Assembly (NCBI GenBank): GCA_012295275.1
Contig: CM022677.1
Span: forward strand, 2,294,001-2,358,000
Length of the DNA: 64,000 nt
Reading direction: 5' to 3'
Source of the DNA: Chrysomallon squamiferum
Taxonomy: Eukaryota > Animalia > Mollusca
Shown here: one piece after another, positions 56,651 through 64,000 of the stretch
Numbering within the stretch: position 1 is the stretch's first letter
How the letters are laid out: the number at the start of each line of letters is the position of its first letter
Position numbers and translations under genes: made by a program
The notes under the pieces: generated by a model
Seen by the model: only the letters and a program-made list of their open reading frames with translations
Told to the model about the DNA's origin: nothing
Databases searched by the model: none

Positions 56651-58483
56651 TCCGTACAGACCGACAATCATCCCGCATTTATCCCCAAATACAACACTAA
56701 AAAAAAAGAAGAATAAGAAATAAAAAATAAAAATAAAAATAAAAATTCAAAACAAATAAAATAAATAAAGGAAACAACCTTATTAAAATATAATTATAAA
56801 TCGATGAATTTTTTTTTTTTTTTTTTTTTTTTTTGTGTTTTGTTTTGTTTTTAATCTTATTATTAGCCAATCACAAAGCTTAGAACTCACTCTACATTAA
56901 GTTGCTTAGTATTGTCCAGGAATTTACCAATGTTTGTTACAGGTCTGATAAAAAAAATAATAATAATAATAATAATAAAAATAAAACATTTACAACTATA
57001 ACAAATATGGAAATCAATACTCTACTTTTTTTTGTTGTTGTTGTCTATCTGCATTGTGTGTGTGTGTGTGTGTGTTAATTTTCAAAAGTACCAACTTTAT
57101 ATATATTTTTAAATTCCACAGTGAATTTTCTTCACGTATAGAATCACAATACTATATAATCTTGGAAAAGAAAATTTCTGAAAGTGAGTTGATATGTTTA
57201 CATGTAAGAAATAATGTTTGTTTCTGATGTATATTTCTGAAGTTATTGTTATTATTATTATCATTATTGTTGTTATTATTATTACTACTGTTATTTTTAT
57301 TATTACTGTTGTAATTATTGTTATTGTTATTATTATTATAATATTATTTCTATATTTATTATTATTATAGTTATTATTTATTATTATTATTATTTTATTA
57401 CTATAGATGTTATTATTGTTATTATCATTATTATTATTATTACTGTTGATATTGGTAATTTTTAAACTCTTTCTTTATTCTTGACTAATTTGTAATTATT
57501 ATTATTGTTCCTACAGTTGTAGCAGTAGTAGTGCTAGTAGTAGTATTAGTATGGTTGCTATTACCCATAATAGTTGTCTTAGTAGTAAATAAATAATAAT
57601 TTAGTAACAGTTTATACAATAACATTTATGGTTACATGTAATTATTACAATAGCAGCTGTTATTATTTTTATTTTTGTTATAGATGTTGTACTATGTTGT
57701 TGTTATAATTTCAGAACTGTGAAACTCCAGCACGAAAACTACAGATAAGATGAGACAAGTTGAGACAAACTGTGATTATTACATTTCTCATCTTATTAAA
57801 CATTATAATAAATATTTTTTTGTTGTGTTCAGAGTTGTGACAGTAAATTTCTAATTTTGTTTTTAGATTTTTCTTGGAATATAAATTTGGCAGACTAAAA
57901 GTATATAAAACTGACAGAAGGAACATCACCAGTTCAAAACAAAACTCAACATTTCAGATGTTACAACAGTTCTACATCATGAGTTTGTTACTGATTCTGT
58001 TATTATTATTATTATTATTATTATTTATCATTATTGTTATTATCATATTATTATTATTTATTATTGTTATTATTATTAATATTACTATTATTAGTAGTAG
58101 TAGTAGTATCATTAATGCTTTTCTCATTATTCTTTATTTCCTTTTTTCTTTAATTCTTTTTCTCATTATTATTATTGTTGCAGTATCTGTAAAATTAATA
58201 CATTTAGTACTAGCATAATGATAGTTAATAGTTATAATATTATTAACACTTTTCTCGTTATTGCTTTTCATTTTGGGTAAATTGTTATTATTAGTGTTAT
58301 AGTAATAGTTGCATTAATCATTAAATGATTACTGATGTAGTAATAGACTTATACAAGAATCAGCAAACATTTCACATAGTTATTATTATTTATATTGTTA
58401 TTCTTATAGTTCTTGTTGCTGTTGTAATTATAATTATTTTGTTGATTATGCTATTATTGTTTTGTGTTATTACTTTATATTTA

Positions 58484-58569
<86 letters not shown>

Positions 58570-60983
58570 CTCAGGACTGTGGAGGTACATCAAAGTACAG
58601 AAGACTTGTGATGAGAAGAGAACTCCGGTGAAAGTTTGTGAAGTAAACTGATAATCTAAGACAAAGGTTGAAAGCTCTGATGAGGAAAACAGTCTGACAA
58701 AGGTAATAGTATTTTGTTTTATATAATATACCTGGTTTCTTTACTTATTAATTAAATGTTATTTGTTTTATTTACTTATTTTTTTATGATTAACAAGATT
58801 TGTATGCATGTGATTTAAACAGGAATAACAATTTTTTTTAATGTTTTTACTAAATACGGTTTTACAAAACATAATTTGTGATATATATTTGTTGCAGATT
58901 GTGGAAAAACATAATTTCAACATTCTTAATCACCTTCTATTTTTATTTTGAAGTATCTGAATAAAAATAAATAAAAATACAAACATACAAAGATTACAAG
59001 TAAATTTATTGTTTTAGGTTGTTAAGGATTTAATTCCTATACCAAACATTGCACCATTGATTGAAAATCTGGTTTTCTTTCACAAAAACATCTGCAAAGC
59101 CAAGCCTAAAAGCTCCAACTTTACTGTTTCCAATGACAGACTAAAATGGCAGACTCACATTAACAGTTTTAGAGCAGATTTTCTCATCCGAAACAAACTA
59201 GTAATCTGTTACCCATAACACTTACTTTTTTTTGTTTTTCCTGAAAAAAAATATGAATGAAATCCATAAAAGATATTTAAGAATTTGTTTTACCCATTAC
59301 TTGTGAAATATTTCAGTTAAGGCATAAACAATTATTTAAATTATTTTAAAACTTTTATCATTAACTTTTTGTTTTCAATGTTTCAAATTTGATTTATTTA
59401 TTTACATCATTATCTGTATAAAAATAATGTAAAAAGTTATAAGTCTTTTGAATACATTATTATTTTTTATATACATATATTATAATTTATTAGCTGTGTG
59501 TTTCTTTGAATTGCAGCTGTTTTGTCTTAGACTGGCCCAGTGGTTGTTGTGAGGAGGATTACAGGAAGCCATTCACAGTTATGTAGAGTCAGCATTACAG
59601 GAAGCAGATCATCTTCCAGACTGGGTCAGAGAAAACCAGTCAGCTGTCAAACAGGCTTGTTACACTTCACTGTCAAATCTGAGCAAAGTTTACCAGTCAT
59701 TATCAAATTAACTATGTTAATCTGTGCATGTGAATGTTCCAGCTGTTTATGTGTATTTTTGTATGTATATATATATGTCTGTGAGTATCTATGTGTATGT
59801 TTATGTCTCTGTGTGTATGTGTATATATATGTCTGTATGTTTGAATGTGTATGTATATATATGTGTGTTTTAGTTTGTATATGTCTGTGTGTCTGTATAT
59901 GTAAGAATATGTGTGTGTATATGTGTGTTAGTATATGTCAGTGTATGTGTGTGTGTATTTGTGTATGTGTATGCCAGTGTGAGTATGTGTGTGTGTCTGT
60001 GTGTGTATGTGTGTATCTGTGTGTGTGTGTGTCTCTATGTATGTCTGTGTGTAGATAGATATGCATCACAGTATGAAATCAGGGATAGTTGTGCTGAAAT
60101 AGGGAAACAGAGAAAGATTCAAAGATGGATTGATCAACAGATGGTGAAAAAGAGGTTGACTGATGGAGATATAGGGAGATAACAGACAGATTACTAGATA
60201 GATAATTAGAAAAAAAGAAAGGTAGATAGACAGGTGGGTAGGTAGGTGGATAGGTCAAGTACTTATTTACTTAATATTGCTAATATCATGTGATCGAACA
60301 GTATTTATTTAATTAATGTGAGCTAATATCAAACACATAGAGTATTTATTTACTTATTGCTTCTAATATAACATTACTGTACTGTATTTATTTAATTAAT
60401 GTGAGCTAACATCACGTTATTGAACAGTATTTATTTACTTAATACTAGAACAGATTCATCACATTTCACAGAATATAGTCATCTATAGAGAGAAAGAATG
60501 AAAAATAAAAATAAAAATGAAATAAAGTATAATGATTTTGTATAAAAACATTTTGTATCTATTAAAACTGACATTTATTCAAACATATTCATAAAATAAA
60601 ATTAAAAAAATATAAATATTGTAATATCATAATAAAAAATAGAAATGACATAAAATGTTTTAACATGGCCAGTTTGGATACACGATTGATAAGTAGTGAC
60701 ATCTAACTTGTATGTATTTTGAAGAGAAACAGAACTGCAGACAATCCTTCACAATTTCTTCATAAATTGAGAGGTGCGCCACTTCTAAATGACAGCTGTA
60801 ATGCACATTTTAAACTTCTTTTTTTTTCCTGTTTTCTTGAGGAGTGTTTTTTATTTTATTTTTTGTCTGTAATGTTACTTTAATCAATAATTTCCATAAT
60901 ACAGGTAGACACACAGACAGACAAATAGAAAAATAGGTAGTTACATATAATCAAAGGATAACAGAAACTTAACAAAAGTGCTT

Positions 60984-61033
<50 letters not shown>

Positions 61034-61254
61034 AAACTCGGAGACAAAAACAAATGTACAATAAATAAGAAAAAGTAAAAATAATAAAATAAACGAATAA
61101 AATGAAATAGAAATGAAAGATAAAATAATGAAACGTGTTGTTTTATCCCTCCCTCCACCAATTTAATCTGACATATGTTTAGAATTAAATCATCATAAGT
61201 CTATTTTTAATCGAGATATTAAGTATTTATATCAGTAGTAGGATACCTTCAAAT

Positions 61255-63027
61255 ATGTATCAGCAGTACATTATTTTAGTTTTGCTTTTATCAGCTGTGA
61301 ATTCAGAACTGTTTACGTCTGTATCACATCTCTACAGGTCTGTACTAGCAGGAAGAGACTTGGCAACAGCATTAAGAAATTTCAGTCATGTTTATGAAGA
61401 TGGAACTAAATTGGAAATGTTGAAAACAATTTCAGATCAAATGGAACAGTACTGTTCGATAGCACTAAAAGACCCAAATCGTTACATAGCCAACCCAATT
61501 GGTACATTTTTATATATTAAACGTTTCACTTTGGACTGGGATCGAGATGTACAGCCTATTCTTCACGAAAGTATTACGTCCCAGACAGAGCTAACCGAAC
61601 TACAAGAAACTCGTGAACATCTTCCAAGTTACGAAGATTTAGAAGGGGTCGCTGTAGTTCTGTTTCGACTCCAAGACACGTACAAATTAAATGCGACAAG
61701 ATTAACAGAAGGTTTTATATATGAACGATATATACAGAGATTATCAGCAGAAGAGTGTTATCAATTAGGTCGCCTTGCATACAAAATGAAAAAATACAAA
61801 TATGTGCATATCTTGATGGAGACAAGTCTTGAGAAAGTAAGAACAGAAAAAATTCATGGCTATGAAATACACTGTAGAGAATTAGCGGGACAGATAGAGC
61901 AAGTTTTAAATTTGACAAATGAACAGTTAATGTTAGCTTGTGGACAATAACGTGCTCCGAACAGGAGGAAAAAGTATTCAAGTATATCAAAACTTAGGAA
62001 AGAAAAGAGAAAAAATGCCAGAGTTAAAGAAAAACAACTTTCGATGCTCTCTGTCGTGGTGAAGACGTTATTAAAGTACGACAGCGACATCGTCTGAAAT
62101 GTCGCTACCATTGCAATATCAAAAACCTGCTTCTAATTCTTAAGCCTGCTAAAGAAGAGATTATGCATTTCAGACAATGTTTACTTATCCAAGCTGTTTT
62201 TATTTTTATTTGTATTTTTTGTTGTTGTTGTTGTTTCATAGTTTTATGAGTATTTTATTATGTTTATTCTTTATACCAATTGTTTAAGCTTTAACAACAA
62301 CAACAACAACAACAACAATAATAATAATAATAATGCTCTCTGTCGTGGTGAAGACGTTATTAAAATACGACAGACACATCGTCTGAAATGTCGCTAGCAT
62401 TACAACAACAAAAATCCACTTTTAATTCTTAAGCCTGCTAAAGAAGAGATTATGCATTTCTCACCAACAATTGTTCTCTATCATGATTTTATCAGTTGAA
62501 GACATTAAAACAGTTTCTTTGCCACTTTTACAACCATCTGAAATTAATCACTGTGGAAAAAATATCAAATCTGAGAAAAGAATGAACAAACATACATGTC
62601 TAGGAAGAGGTTTCATAGAAGCAGACGCGAGAAGTCAGAAAAGAATTGAAGCAATCACAGGTCTTCAATGAAAGCTTCAGAACCACTTCAGGTGGCAAAC
62701 TATGGAATAGGCGGACAGTTCACGGCTCACACTGACTATTTCAACATAGCATATTCTTCCGGTGAAAACAGAATTGCTACGTGGTTAAACTATTTGAGTG
62801 ATGTAGAAGGAGGTGCCACAGTGTTTCCTTATCTTGGTGTAAGAATACAACCTAAAGCAGGGTCAGCTATATTTTGGTATAATTTATATCGGAATGGTTC
62901 ACCTAACAAAATTACAATTCACGGAACTTGTCCCGTTCTTATTGGCTCTAAATGGGTATCAACTTACAGGATTATTGAAAAAGGGCAAGTATTCAAGCGA
63001 CCATGTTCCACAAATCCAGAAGAATAA
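61255..63027 (+). pseudogene. P4HA: Prolyl 4-hydroxylase subunit alpha, intronless disrupted copy
   Basis: Signal peptide then ELFTSV, YIANPI..FLYIKR, LPSYEDLEG...LFRLQDTYKL, LSAEECYQLGR, ALCRGE, LKPAKEEI, and catalytic EPLQVANYGIGGQF.AHTD...NRIATWL.YLSDVEGGATVFP...HGTCPVLIGSKW. Stop at 61948, further stops and frameshifts, and a 128-bp duplication. Confidence 0.93.
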
Positions 63028-63770
63028 ATGAAATACGATGCAACTTTTAATGTGCGCAGATCCTAGAAAGAGATTTCTTGTTTATTGATTAATTTGTTGT
63101 TTGTAAACATTTTCCAGAGGCATTTATTTAAAATAATAAATAAATAATAAAATATATAGTAAAAGTATTTGTTATTGGATTTTATTGCTTTCTTTTATTT
63201 TTATTTATTTTATTATTATAATTTTTTTTTATCACTACTTTCTTTCTTGGTTAATTCCGCAGTATTTTTCAAAGATGCTTGTTTATGTAAATGGTTGCTC
63301 TCGTTCAAAATATAATAATTACGTCCTCTTGTCTCTCGATTTTCTTCCAGGCCTTAGAATCATTTCAAATGCTACACTTTGCATTTAGACATAAGATACA
63401 ACGACAAACCTATATAAATATGCTTGCTCATTGTAACATCTGTTACACTACTTAATTCTTTGTTCTTGAGATGAAAATTAAAGATTTAACTTGTAAAAGG
63501 GGATATATTTTTAAGGATTGTTTAATTAATTAATTTATTTATTTACTAAAAAATAATAAACAACAACAAAATAATCAAATATGCTGTATGTGAATATTTA
63601 TAATAATTTTTTTTTTTTATATTGTTATTTTCATAGGTCCGTATGTTTAAAATATTAAATTTACCAGTGTCTACTTATTTCAGCCAAACCTCGACAAGTC
63701 TCTTTTGATATGCACAGCAAATTTTTGTTATCAGTAGTCAATAATGGGTTACACTGCTTGTAATAATTAA

Positions 63771-63818
<48 letters not shown>

Positions 63819-63908
63819 CTGTCCATTGTAGATGTAAATTGTCATTACGTATATGATGCGTTAAACAATGAGGTCAACAAAGAAGTACACTTATATTAGA
63901 AACTGGCA

Positions 63909-63984
<76 letters not shown>

Positions 63985-64000
63985 CACACACATACACAGA

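Noticed and set aside
57711-59700. Exon-like pieces on plus (58574-58702 and others)
   Set aside because: All frames of the 58574 piece have stops, and I could not identify a protein.

Overview
AT-rich, microsatellite-dense eukaryotic DNA with GT-AG introns and TTAGGG-type repeats. It is most likely from an invertebrate; a mollusc is my inference from the TRIM RING-exon style and repeat content. No prokaryotic features or CRISPR array are present. The window is a graveyard of broken genes and transposons. Disrupted host genes: two inverted copies of an EGFR kinase-domain fragment sharing the same lesions, a RING-coiled-coil-NHL (TRIM2/3-like) gene with a frameshift and no B-box, an intronless and very divergent TGF-beta-family ligand split by a (GA)n tract, exons resembling the LRMP/KASH5 EF-hand region, and an intronless prolyl-4-hydroxylase alpha copy with an internal duplication. 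Mobile elements: two divergent copies of an intron-containing Sola2-like transposase, a KRBA2/Ginger-like integrase element, piggyBac, Tc1, a LINE ORF1 remnant and a hAT-like MITE. There are also several minisatellites (two born from transposase coding sequence) and a higher-order degenerate telomeric array near the centre. All family assignments come from manual translation and remembered motifs, not database searches. I see no convincing intact novel multi-gene system.
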